DNA of 64,000 nucleotides, from the NCBI GenBank assembly GCA_053919585.1, contig CM132789.1. One strand, 5' to 3'. The first letter of the stretch is position 1. Every line of letters starts with the position of its first letter. This document shows positions 51,284-64,000 of this stretch, in pieces. Source of the DNA: Euprymna scolopes. Its lineage: Eukaryota. The notes under the pieces are model-generated. The model worked only from the letters and a program-made list of their open reading frames with translations. It was not told the DNA's origin and did not search any database. A program made the position numbers and the translations under genes.

Positions 51284-51450
51284 CTATTTTACTATTTTTG
51301 ATTTTAGTTTTTCAATCATTATTGGTTCTTTTAATCTGAGGTTTCCCTGATTCCTATCATTTGCTAAAATTTTCATGTTTATGTTTTTGTCTGGATTATG
51401 TTCTATGGACGCATGTTTGAAGAATGACGATGTTTTAGTTGTACTGTCTA
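51284..51450 (-). mobile_element. Penelope-like GIY-YIG C-terminal fragment
   Basis: SSFFKHASIEHNPDKNINMKILANDRNQGNLRLKEPIMIEKLK. Confidence 0.7.
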
Positions 51451-53899
51451 TATTCCTACAAACACATTTAAACAACAACGGCCAGTTATAACCATATTAA
51501 AGAGAAATTTGAAATTTAATTTTACAAAATCATTTAAAGAACGGCCATTTATTAGCATTTAAACAAAGTATGAATTACTTAACCTAGATTAGAAAACCAG
51601 CGGACAAGTAAAAATAGAATTATTTCCCTTGAACATAATTAATTAATTAATCTTTGAGCGTTTGGATCAAAAATCCACCTCCCCAAAACACACACACGCT
51701 TATATAAAAACATTTAAACAATAACGGCCAATTATAACCATATAAAACATAATTTTAATTACGTCCCCTTGATCAGAAACCCCAGAGACAAGGAAAAAAA
51801 AGAATGATTTCCCATGAACATGAAACTGAATTAATTAATCTTTGAGCGTTTGGATTTTAAATCTAAACATAATATCCACTTTACAATTTACAGGCTAGAG
51901 AGAGGAGTTGTTTTTCCACTGATGATGGCTCATTACCTGAAAGGACGTTTGAAATAAGTACCATCTACAGTTTAAAAAAATCAGATAAATAAAAATAAAT
52001 ATAAAAAATAATATAAACAAAAATGTTGAATTATTTATCATTCATTCAGTTATTTATTTATCTGCTCCTCACGGCTGTACATTCCTGCATTGTAAGTCTT
52101 CAAAAATATATTTTATTACTTAACACCACCTGAAGCAAACAAAGCTATAGTTCCGTCAATTAGTTTAGGAGTGAATCCAAACATAAAATATACAAACATA
52201 TACACATAATAGCTATTCATAATGATCGGTTTGTTAGTTTAGGAGTAAATCCAATACAGCATCCGTTACTTGATCTATTGACGTAATTTTTTGAATGCAA
52301 CAAATAAGTCGATATATCATATATATTTTGAATATGACATTTTCGTTACGTAAATCAAAAGCATTCTTCTGTATTGTTTAAATAAAAGTGTTCTTGTGTA
52401 TTTATTACATGACATTTAAAAATCAAGAATATCGACATGTGTAAAAAAAAAGAAATTATGGAGTTAGAGACCGCAGCACCCTTGCCACTATCGATCACGA
52501 TATCCAGTGCACCATAGGAACACACGTTTTAAGAACGTTGTGAATTATCTAAATAAATAAATAACTTTCTCTTTTACTCGATTTACGCATGCGCAGAATG
52601 ACACCATTATGTTACGCTTGTCAAGGTGTCATTGCTTTCAAGTTTTAACCCTTTTTGAAGTCCTTAGATATTATTTTAATCGTTTAAATACCGCTAATAA
52701 AATTCTGCACCAAAATGCAATCCTCTCAGCTATTGAACGCCGTCCAACGATCTTCCGTTTAAGTGGAGATACATTTTGAAAAACGGATACAGACAGACAC
52801 ACACGCACACAAATCATAATGAGATTTATATATTAGATTACGTCGAGTTGTCATGGGTATTGTTAGCAATTATAATAACGTATTTATGACCTGGAGTGAT
52901 GGTGATTATGTGATTAGCGACACGGACTGAGAACGTGAATGTGCCAGTTTTGATTCCAGGTTGTTTTATAGAAACGCTTTCATCAAACCAACGCTAGACC
53001 TTGTGTCTTACTTCATAAAGAGATAAATAAAATAACGTATCCTCGATCAATGTATTTTATTATACTTCGGTATTTTCTGGATGCTTTATATGTACAAGAG
53101 GATTATTCAAAGAGCAATATACATACACTTTTTTATACCAAATATTTACTATTGACAAATTATCTATTATATGCGCTTATCGGGACTAAAATGGGCTTGA
53201 CAAATTTTCAATACTAATGAATTACATTAACAAGATATACGTCATAGCACGTTTTTATGTGGCTATGCTGTCTGAAATATTGTTACATTAATGCAGCGTG
53301 TTATTTTCGCAATTATTCCTTTGCTGACTCCAAATCGATGTTTGTTTAAATATTTTCTACTTACTTTGCTTTACAAAGAGCTCGTGTTTTCGAAGATGAA
53401 AATAGAGGTCATTTCCCTGACATATTTTCCATTAAGACATCCAAATAAAATTTCAATATTTTATCTGATAAAAAAGAACAAAGTCAACTCACTTACACAA
53501 AAGAACCTGTTATCTATGCGCTACCCTGTATACGACCATTTTATTTTAACTCTGCTTCATAAGTTCTCGAGTTAGCTAAGATCAGATTTCATACAGACAA
53601 AAACATCCTATGAAAAACAGTTATTATTTAACGAATGCAATGTCAGCCGAACAAACTAATTGTCGGCATAGGCAGCAGCGTACTCTCCGAGCAAGTTACA
53701 GGAATAGCGACCATGGTACACCCCTAAATGTGATGCCGCCATTGTTCATAGAGATCACTACATCAATTGCTTTAAATGTAGTAGATTTTTTTTAAAAATC
53801 ATATTGATTTTAAAACGGTAAGCAATTACTACAAAAGGATTACAGAAAACGTCAGAGAACTATACGCCCGATTCATTAAGTCAAAACAAGAACGTATGC

Positions 53900-55060
53900 C
53901 TAGTTCCCATGAGTTTAAAAGATAACAAAATGACCATGAACATACGTGAGTCTTCAATCCGACTATCATTCACGGGCCTGATGTGATTTCCTTGCCAAAG
54001 ATGTTGCATCAAACTCAACCCTAATCGATCAAAGCCACATTCCTTTCAAATTTTCTCCTGAATATACTCTGAGCGACATCCACATATCGGTTAGTGATTT
54101 TGCCATATTCATCAAGGACATTAATACGAACAAAGCAACTACTACTGACTAAATTCCAGACATAGTAGTCAAAAAGCTGAAACTGTAACAAGCACTCTGA
54201 TTATCCGATATTTAAAAGAGGGATGCTTTCAAATACGTTGGAAGACCTTTTTAGTCTGCCAAGTATTTGAAATACTGGAGATCATTTTCTGTATTACGAT
54301 GCAGACAACTTAATCTTCTGTGTTATAATTAAGTTGCTTGAATCCGTATTAAATAAAGAAATTGTCAACCACCTTTGAAAATACAACATACTCAGTGACA
54401 AGCTATGGTTTCCTAATGTGAGATCTACAACTAATGTACTGATTGTAATTTCATATATCAACTACTATCAAAGCTTTCTCTCTAATATAGTAGTTGATGA
54501 CATATGGAAATTATTTGATACATTTTTGCATAAAGATCTATTTAAAAGATTGTATATCATGAAACATCTAGAAATTCACGCAGACAAAACTACAACATAT
54601 GGCAACGCTACAGCCAATATATCTCTGAGTCTCTCTCGTTCGGCTTTGAGCACATAATACAATAGTGCAAACGGTACCTGGTTAATTCTAACACATCTAA
54701 AACCCAATGCCATCTTTTCACTATCGATGCTTTGACCACCAATTTGCATGAGTTGATATAAATGGCTCGTTTTCAAGAGGATCCTTGCTTCGAAAAACTT
54801 CTGGGTTTGACCATAACCCATGATTAGTTTTCAATGATGGCTAAATGGTTTCGTAATTCTATCATTCCAGAAAGTAGCTTACACTCGACGCAATGTTCTA
54901 CCTGTATGAGAACGGAATTCAACCTGAAATCAAGTACTATGGCTACATTTGGGTAAGAGCTGCTCAAAGTATCCTATGATGCTTTGACAGCACTCAAAAC
55001 TGATATCACTGACCACGGTTCACTCATTAACCCTCATGATTGGATGGCCTTTGGGTAGGT
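53900..55060 (+). mobile_element. Heavily decayed, internally deleted copy of the CR1-group LINE
   Basis: Blocks matching 15500-16700, e.g. aagttgcttgaatccgtattaaataaagaa, agtgaca..tatggtttcc, cttctgggtttgacc. Confidence 0.8.
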
Positions 55061-57091
55061 GGGGCCTCCTTTGTAAACACTCCGACTTATCTCATGTAGG
55101 AGTCACCAAGTTCGAATCATTCATTGCAAGTTACGCTTTATGGCGTACGAACTAAAAGTTAAGACACAGAGAAAACTTAGCCCAACACTTCTAGTGTCTA
55201 AATTTAACCAAGAATTCAATATTGGTAATAATTTTATTATAGGCTTTTACAATTATATCTTGGTGTCTGTGTCATGCTGGTGACCCATAAACAGCAAAAA
55301 ACGATACTTTATTTTGTTTTGATTAAAAGTAAAAAATAAATCTAATTATAGGGCTGATAAGAATGAGTAGATATAGATATCCTACTGACTGAGTAGCTTC
55401 GCATATGGCTTTAATTATATATTCATCTAAAATTACAAAAGTGATTTTCCTGTAAAGAAACCAGTTATTTTTAGTCGTTACCCATTCTTTCCTGATGGCA
55501 GTTTTGTCTTACATTTATCTACTCGCTAACTTTTCTGTGATAGAATCAAGCACTGCCAAAGTAACTGCTTTTTTCCATCTTTCTACCGTTTAAATCATTG
55601 AATGATACAAATATATATTATTAAGGATTATTGTAAATAATATTTCTGCATTTTTTTAGATGAGGATTGATTATTTGGATTATTTGGATTCCATAGACTG
55701 TTCTTAACATATTGTCTTCTATTGTCACTTTTAGGTTAATGTGACCTCAAATATTTACCAGGTATGCCTTGTCAATTTTGGGAATCTTTCTGTCAAACTC
55801 GAGAATCTGCACCAAAATACGAACAGAAGCACGGGATAGCATACCTGGTTCTGTTAGTCATGACTGGGTAAAAGTTCTAAGTAATTCACATACATTTTTG
55901 ACTAGATGCACCCAACGAAGATCGGAAGTTACATAGACCGAAACATTTGGAAAACAATGGTCAAAATGCGACTGGAGGTCACAAGTAGCCACGAATAATT
56001 CCAACAATGATGTACACATTTAAAAGAAAATATTTGAAGCTGGATACATCGGTAAGGGATAAATATTATTGAATTCTGGCGCCTCTTGTTGCTCACTCCG
56101 CACTCTGTGTTCTCTTCCGAGCTGATATCCAGCAAAATAAATATATAAAATAAAATGAAATAAGAGGGTTGTTATACTAAAGGGAATCGTGAAATTATTA
56201 GTGGCCAGTTCGCCGCTCTTAATCTTAACGTTAACGCTGCAAGCATGCAACCGATCGGTGTAAGAGTGTACGGAATCCCATTGCAGACATAAAAATCGGT
56301 GGTCGCGTTCGCCGATTGGTTGACGTTTATTGTCCGGATCCATTAAATCAAGCCGGCTACTTGAATAACAGACGACAGCGTATTATCACCTCGAATTGAT
56401 TTTCACGCTTTTTCGACGTCTCTTCGATTTAATGGGGACATTAACAGATGCTGACACGGAAAAATATGAAATGTAAGGCGTGAGACTTTGTTAGCGACTG
56501 TGACAGTGATGGGCCTAGAAGATTATGGTGGTTTCGTGGTGAGAGGAGTAGGAAAGGATGGAAAGGGGGAGCTAAATAATGATGCTAAAATCGGCAAGAA
56601 TAATGGTGTGTTAAAATGTGTCGTTTGACCAATCTTCAACGAAGATGTGGCAGTGCTGTGGTGGTTACTGGTGCACAATGTAAACTGGATGACTGGTGTT
56701 CGAGTTCTATTGAAGTAATTGTAAATTTATCTAGATTTCCTGTCAGAATTCCTATAATATTTCCTGTGAGTACTGATTATAATAAAATGAGAGTAAATGT
56801 TCTCACCTGAGTAAACCATTTAGAATATGTTAACTTATCCAAAAAATTACAATTACATATTTTTAGTCGCTGTGTTTACGGGTTAAATCCTTANNNNNNN
56901 NNNNNNNNNNNNNNNNNNNNNNNNNNNNNNNNNNNNNNNNNNNNNNNNNNNNNNNNNNNNNNNNNNNNNNNNNNNNNNNNNNNNNNNNNNNNNNNNNNNN
57001 NNNNNNNNNNNNNNNNNNNNNNNNNNNNNNNNNNNNNNNNNNNNNNNNNTGCTTGAAGCATTGTGTGGGATAGGTATGTAAAAGAGATTTA

Positions 57092-59023
57092 GAAGGCTGT
57101 CACAATGCGAGGAATGAATTATAGTCGCTGTTGGTAAGAGGAGACGAGAACAAGTGGCGATTTACAAATCAATAAGTACATATATATATATATGTTTTTT
57201 ATTATTATTTTTTTATATATATATTTATTCAGTTGTATGGTAAAATGTCTTACTTGTTTTCATGTGACGTGTTCCATTATTAATTTCGGAAAATTTTTCC
57301 CTTTTCAAATGGTGTGCGTAACAAGTCGATTCAAAGCATGCTGGATGAAGGGCCGGAAGTTGTGTAGCTATGTGAGGCCTCTACACATAAGAATAAAAAA
57401 ACACATACAAACACAAGTATCATCATTCCAAAAACACCTCAACACCTGCAGAAACACTAGCAAATCTATTAAAGTCGATATTTTAGCCACATAACGCAAT
57501 ATCGGGAATCTTCGCATAAAAGAATCGCTACTAATATCCAAATTAAGGCCAGAACTCAATAACCGACTGGAGCTCGGATCTTCATTCATCATATAACTCT
57601 ACACACGGCTCCCACCCAACAGCTACCACTACAACCATAACCCATTAGAACAGATACACCACTGCACATAGCTCACATCCCACCCCACATTCCAAACAGG
57701 ACATCACAACAACCTCCTCCCATATAAATAAAAAGAAAAAAAAAGAAAAATAATAATAATATTAATAATAAATAAATAAATAAATAAAATAGCAATAACA
57801 TACTATAAGAAACTTGATAAATAAAACAGCAGAATACATTTAAAAACAAAATAAAAATAAGTAATAATAATAATAATAATTAATTAACATTAAAAGTTAC
57901 TGAAGTAATACAAACCAACTAAAACTAAAATATATAACTCTACGTACGGCTCCCACCTAACACTTACCATTACAACCATAACCCATTAGAACAGATACAC
58001 CACTGCACACAGCTCACACCCGCCTCACATTCCAAACAGGACATTACCACAACCTCCTCCCATATAAATAATACAAAAAATAAATAAATTAAATAAAATA
58101 ACAATAATATAACAAAGGAAACTTAATAAATAAAACAGCAGTATGCACTTAATTAAAAAAAAATGTAATTAAAATTAAAGGTGACTGAAGTAATACAAAC
58201 CAACTAAAATCAAAAGTTAATACACACCAACTAAAATTAAAAGTTAGCCGAAGTAATACAAACCAATTAGAATAAAAAAATAAATAAATATAAAAATCTA
58301 CTACCACTAACGAATATAAACAAATTAACAACTCCCAAAGAATGTCACCCCTATTCCCCTTCCCTCCCCCTCGCATATCTTCCCACCCCCAGCAACACTA
58401 ACCTAAACATCCAGCTACCGACCCCAACCCCACTCCGCTTTCACAGCCTGCCCCTACAGTAGCCGACCGGACACCGCCCAGCAGCGGCTTAAGTGACCCA
58501 GAAAAGCAGAGATATCCACACATCAGCAGAAAAAAAATAAATAATAGTAATAATGATAAAGACAACATAAGAGAGAACAAGAAAAAAAAGCTCACGCTAA
58601 AACAAGTTAAAACCAAACAAACAAAAAAAAAATAAAATAAAAATAAAGACAAATAAAAATAGCAAATTTATAAACATGTTAATCACCTAATCATACCATA
58701 CATACATCCCCTACTCACATTTGGCCCGAGGCCTCACATAGCTACACAACTTCCGGCCCTTCATCCAGCATGCTTTGAATCGACCTGTTACGCACACCAT
58801 TTGAAAAGGGAAAATTTTTCCGAAATTAATAATGGAACACGTCGCATGAAAACAAGTAAGACATTTTACCATACAACTGAATAAACATATATATATATAT
58901 ATAAAAAAATAATAAAAAAACATATATATATATATGTACTTATTGATTTGTAAATCGCCACTTGTTCTCGTCTCCTCTTACCAACAGCGACTATAATTCA
59001 TTCCTCGCATTGTGACAGCCTTC
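57092..59023 (+). mobile_element. 5'-truncated Penelope-like element: GIY-YIG end and 3' region enclosed by ~290-bp near-identical inverted repeats
   Basis: PLHIRIKKHIQTQVSSFQKHL..ILAT*RNIGNLRIKESLLISKLRPELN (57378-57570); inverted repeats at 57092-57381 and 58728-59023; internal ~341-bp direct repeat (57591 and 57932). Confidence 0.85.
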
Positions 59024-59939
59024 NNNNNNNNNNNNNNNNNNNNNNNNNNNNNNNNNNNNNNNNNNNNNNNNNNNNNNNNNNNNNNNNNNNNNNNNNNNNN
59101 NNNNNNNNNNNNNNNNNNNNNNNNNNNNNNNNNNNNNNNNNNNNNNNNNNNNNNNNNNNNNNNNNNNNNNNNNNNNNNNNNNNNNNNNNNNNNNNNNNNN
59201 NNNTGTCTTTACATGCTTTCGGGACTTGAAGAAGATAAATAGTGTATGTACAGAATTAAATTACACTATTAAAGTAAAACTCAAGTAGAACAACCTATTT
59301 ATATATAAACTAATCAAGATAGAAGTTGCATAAACCGCACTTGTTACAGCAGTCTTATCGCAGGTGCAGGAAACCACTAATTAAACGTGGCACATGAGTA
59401 AAGAAAGTCCTAACACTTGGGGAGATTTTAGTTTATTGAGAGATAATGAATAGTGAATGTAGGAGTTCTATTCAATATGTGTATGCATATATGCTATGCA
59501 ATTTGTAAAACCGATATGAATATATCGATTGTCCGGCATACATAATATTTATTAAGGTTGTTATTAAGAGAAAAAAAAAACAACGAAATACAACCAGAAA
59601 ATGAATAAACCGGTTTTTGCTTCGCAACGGCAGCTACTGAAAGCCGACCAGATAATAATGTGCGCAGACTGGATGCTCTTCAGGTTTTGAATGACACGTT
59701 ATGTAGATTACAGAAATAGATAACCAGGGTCAAAAATGTTTATATCAAGCACAAAATTAACTTTTTTATATTGGGATATTCTGATAAAAATAGGAGTGAT
59801 GAAATGGTCTACAGCTCATGACAATTAGGTTGTTTCCGTAAACAATTTACAGATTTGCAAATCATATGCAAAGGACAAAAATGTGTGAAAAGCTGATAAG
59901 CGAAAACCAATGAACAAAACTCTCAAGAGTTTGTCTTAT

Positions 59940-60330
59940 TGCACTTTCCATCCTAGACAAAGCACAGTGCCACTGTGATGTAGGGGTAACTATTTGGGAC
60001 ATAGTTGCAGGAATACACTGTAGGGAGTTCAGCAGCAAGATGTTTGTTTATATTAGACTTGAACTTCTACATGTCAGTACAGTCGGGGAAGCAGGAACCC
60101 GGAAGATAATTCTAAAATCTAGCAGTTCTGGAGATGAAACTATTAGAGTAGAAGGCTTTCTGGCATCTGGGGATCTCTACTGTATATATTCGCAGTTGAA
60201 CATCGCACAATAGTAAACACTCACTTATCTTTTTTATTTCTTCCGTTTGTTTTATAGCTGCTCGACTGTGATTCGATAGCTTGTAAAACATTCGCAGTAA
60301 ACGCACATCTTTAATTTCTTTCTTCTGTGA
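59940..60330 (-). mobile_element. 3' end of a CR1-type LINE (different 3' UTR from the 14330-17153 family)
   Basis: FYSNSFISRTARF*NYLPGSCFPDCTDM*KFKSNINKHL. Confidence 0.75.
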
Positions 60331-62030
60331 ACGTTAAACTAAATGGAACTTCAAAGTTTTTTTTTTTCTCTAAGACATTCTATATCACGACTGTAACCCT
60401 GAGAACCTAGTTCCCTCTTGAGTGTAGCATACCTATCTTTAAGATAATTGTTAACAATTACTGGATTAGATGTCCTTTCAAATAATTTAATACTGCTAAT
60501 TATGTACATGTTTTTAATAATATAATGTTGTTGCTTAACTCATAACTGAAAATCCCGTGTACTATTATTCTAGAGTGCCGCATTAGTATAAAACACGTAA
60601 GTTGCCGCAGAAAATCTTATTTTCACTGTATTCCTATTCTACTGCTCTTTTTTTTTACATGTTTTTGCATACGGAAATGCGAATCTTTGCATAAGGAATG
60701 GCATCTAATGTTTTAATAGTTACAAATATTTCAAAATCTTATTGGATATTCCTCAATTTAAATTTTAGGTCTAGCATAAGCATAAGATAACAATCTACCA
60801 AGTATGCATATCAATAATATCATAAGATTCTTCTATGATTAGGATTCTTCCCGATAAAATAATGTTTAACGAAATGTCTTAGTTCGAATTTTTTACCGTT
60901 TTTTTTTTTGCAAAAAAAAAATAACCTACTTGGACCACAATCGTATTACGACGAGCAATGTACGCGTTGACTTCGATTTGTAAAACACCTTTCAACACTT
61001 TTTTTTATTAAAGTTGATTGTTTCGTTATGTTTTTAGACAAAAGCAGACTTGAGCTTATTGCTTCTTAATTTGCTTCATTGGAACCAAATTGTTGGCCAA
61101 CATATTAATTATCACGAAGAATCTAAACTACGTTGAATTTCTGAACTAAATGAAAAATGAAATGGAAGAATACTGTAAGCATTGAAAATAAGGATGATGG
61201 CGAAAGTCGTACCAAAATGACGGTAAAAATAGGTCAAATCTGAAAAATGTGGACGTATACGTTAAATAGTTAAAGAAAGAAAAAGAATTTTCCGGAGGAA
61301 ATGGATAGATATAATGCAATACTTTATCAATACTATAGATACCGTAAACACTGATTATACATATAAAAATATAGAGGAAAAATAAATGTTCTATTTGGAA
61401 GTAATTATTCAATAATGTAAAACAATGGTGTTTTATCAAATGTCTTTTTGACCATTGAGAGCATTCGTGTAGAACAATGTAGTGAGGGAAACAAGGTTGC
61501 TGTAGAAGGCGTCAAACAATGACGAAGGAGATTGGACGCAGGCAGTAAAATCTAATAAAAAAGTTAATAAGTAGGAGGAATTTTAAGTGCATTCAGGAAA
61601 AAAATATGAAACATTTCTTAATGTAAATCATTTAAATGTAAAGTGCAATTGTACGATGTAGGGGTGAATAATCTAAACCACACACAGTCCCTAACTTCAC
61701 ACTGACTTTTACTCTAATGGCGGCTAAACGAAAATAAATGGGTAATTTCCTTGTGAATATCTAGGAAATTTATAGTGACTCACCGTTTGACTGTATTTTT
61801 AAAACTTTCATTCACTCCAAACAAGGCATATTAACACTCTGATATAATGAAAAATACATCTTAAAATGAGGCATTAAACCTATTACTGGCTTAACCGGCT
61901 TTCTAAGAATGAGGGAGGTTTAATAGAAGTATAGTAATCATGAGCGATGCCCAGTCGCATGTCTAGCCCCGTTTCTGGCATCCGAGGATGCCTGCTTTTG
62001 CAACCCGTGCTAGAGGTGTCGCCGTCTTCT

Positions 62031-62145
62031 ATATAATGCACCTGGTATTAACAAATTTGTCAACCATCTAGAAGTGACCAGACTCAACGGTGCTTAACTT
62101 CGATGATCGAGTAGGGACCGATTTGCCAGCGTGATAATACCGTAT
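62031..62145 (-). pseudogene. 5S rRNA-derived copy (pseudogene or SINE3 head)
   Basis: Reverse complement tacggtattatcacgctg..cgatcatcgaagttaagc..tagatggttgac..aataccaggtgc follows the 5S consensus. Confidence 0.85.
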
Positions 62146-64000
62146 AATAATTTCAAATGTAATGAACTAGTGTGATTTTAAGTTCACGGGACCATCAGGC
62201 ATGTGAAAAGTGAGCAATTATGCATCAAATTCTTTTTATCATATTACATTTAAATTAAATCATATATGTGTAGTAAAAGAAACAGATATCACCGAAAGAA
62301 TTAAAAAAGGATAGTAGACCCAGATAAGAAGCCAGAAGACTAGATAGTTTACTGACAACTGTGAGATAGAATAAAGATATTAAATGTTGCTACTCATCGT
62401 GTAGGTCGAGTGTATTTACGTTACAGGGGGACAAATGTACTAAGTTCGTCGGAGCACATTCTGTAGAATTACTTGTAAAATTTACCCGAAGATGCAACAT
62501 CCCGACAGTAGGACACGGATTGGAGCTTGATAGAGAGTCTAGCCAAAATACAACATGCATAAATTCATCTAGATTTCCGGTCAGCATTTCTATAACATTT
62601 CCTGTGTGTACTGATTATAATAAAATGAGCCTTAACGTTCTCACTTGAGTAAACCATTTCTAATATGTTAACTTTGTACAGAATTAAATTAGGGGGGATT
62701 GAAGGAGAAAACGCCAACAATAAAAAAGAATATGCCGAAGCAAACGAAATGAACAGGAAAATAGAAAATAACAATGTTCTCGATGTGACTGCGCATTTCT
62801 TCGAATATAAACTGAAAATATTCACTTTTACGAATAGTATTTAGGAAATAAAACCCCAACATGAAACAAATAATATGTTGACGTATTTTCCTTATTCGAA
62901 AGTTGATTTAACATTTTTATGTGCTTACTAATACGCCTTCTGCCGAACATGGTTGAATAAAATAGTATGCGTCGCCAGTCGTAACATTAATATTCATAGA
63001 AAATCAGAGAATTACGTCAATAATTTCAATATTTATTCATAAAGTATCATTGTTTCTGATGACTGGAAAAATACAATAATTGCGAATCAAATTAATTAAC
63101 AGGTGGCAAATTGTACCTCATTTGATACATGCTGTTTCCCTTCTAATGAAAACATTAAACGCTTTAATCCGAGGTCTAGANNNNNNNNNNNNNNNNNNNN
63201 NNNNNNNNNNNNNNNNNNNNNNNNNNNNNNNNNNNNNNNNNNNNNNNNNNNNNNNNNNNNNNNNNNNNNNNNNNNNNNNNNNNNNNNNNNNNNNNNNNNN
63301 NNNNNNNNNNNNNNNNNNNNNNNNNNNNNNNNNNNNNNNNNNNNNNNNNNNNNNNNNNNNNNNNNNNNNNNNNNNNNNNNNNNNNNNNNNNNNNNNNNNN
63401 NNNNNNNNNNNNNNNNNCTGAGGACTAACACATCGGCGATAAGATTTCCTCTCTTGTCACTTCTAATTTCGGTACCATATCCCTGCAAATTGCTTTTTCT
63501 ACAGAGTGCGTCTTTCCCTTTTTTCGCAAGGACGTCTTGCCTATCTCGCAGTTAGCGTCTTCAGGTTAGCATCGCCCAGCTTGTGCCTCGTTTCATCCGG
63601 GATCATCAGCCTATTTCCAGGGGTACTCAATTAGTAGAACCAGCTATTTGGCAACGCTTAGTAGATAAAAAGGACTGTGGTTCTACATTTTCTCCAGAGT
63701 CTTTTTCTGTTTGGCACAGAGGGCACACTAAATTCAACCTGTCTATCTACTAGGCGCTTGTCATCAGTTTTAGCCCCCCTACTTTGTGCAAGAAGAGAGA
63801 AACCTTCGGTTACAGTTGAAACTATTTGGGGGGGCACATTATATTTAGTTTTTTTTTTCGTCGTTATCCCTTTCGTATTTCTACAGGAAAAAATACATTC
63901 GGACAAATATCCTTCAAAGGTCTGTCTGACGAAAAGCGCTTCGAGTTCCATTACAATTCGTGATATTTTTAATCGACTTTTTAATTGACTTATTTATTTA

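Noticed and set aside
52885-52965. tRNA-like SINE head
   Set aside because: A and B boxes are too degenerate
63575-63620. Minus-strand CTGATGA-tcccggat-GAAA
   Set aside because: Stem II geometry is wrong and no UH site with stems I and III follows; the surrounding 63420-64000 sequence looks like an unassignable decayed coding remnant

Overview
AT-rich, repeat-dominated eukaryotic DNA, probably from an invertebrate animal, with seven assembly gaps (N runs at about 11565, 36789, 43610, 43841, 56894, 59024 and 63181). I can identify no intact host protein-coding gene. The window is a mosaic of decayed transposons: two RTE LINEs, a Tx1/L1-like fragment, a near-complete CR1-group LINE ORF2 plus several 3'-end copies, at least six Penelope-like (PLE) RT/GIY-YIG fragments (three with inverted termini), an internally deleted Ty3/Gypsy element with both LTRs, Copia and Gypsy remnants, a head-to-tail array of non-autonomous Helitron-like units, two 5S rRNA-derived copies and many microsatellites. 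The most striking signal is ribozyme-based. At 42477-43189, a 286-bp unit is repeated about 2.5 times almost without change inside a (TA)n tract. Each unit joins a tRNA-like Pol III promoter (A and B boxes) to an intact type I hammerhead ribozyme with a palindromic stem III and has no Pol III terminator, the layout expected of a self-transcribing, self-cleaving SINE/retrozyme that could make circular RNA. Two further hammerhead-bearing repeat families, apparently unrelated to it, occur at 38860-39850 (minimal hammerheads in ~323-bp tandem and inverted units) and at about 30850-31240 and 34160-34530 (decayed SINE-like copies). All pairings and alignments were made by eye.
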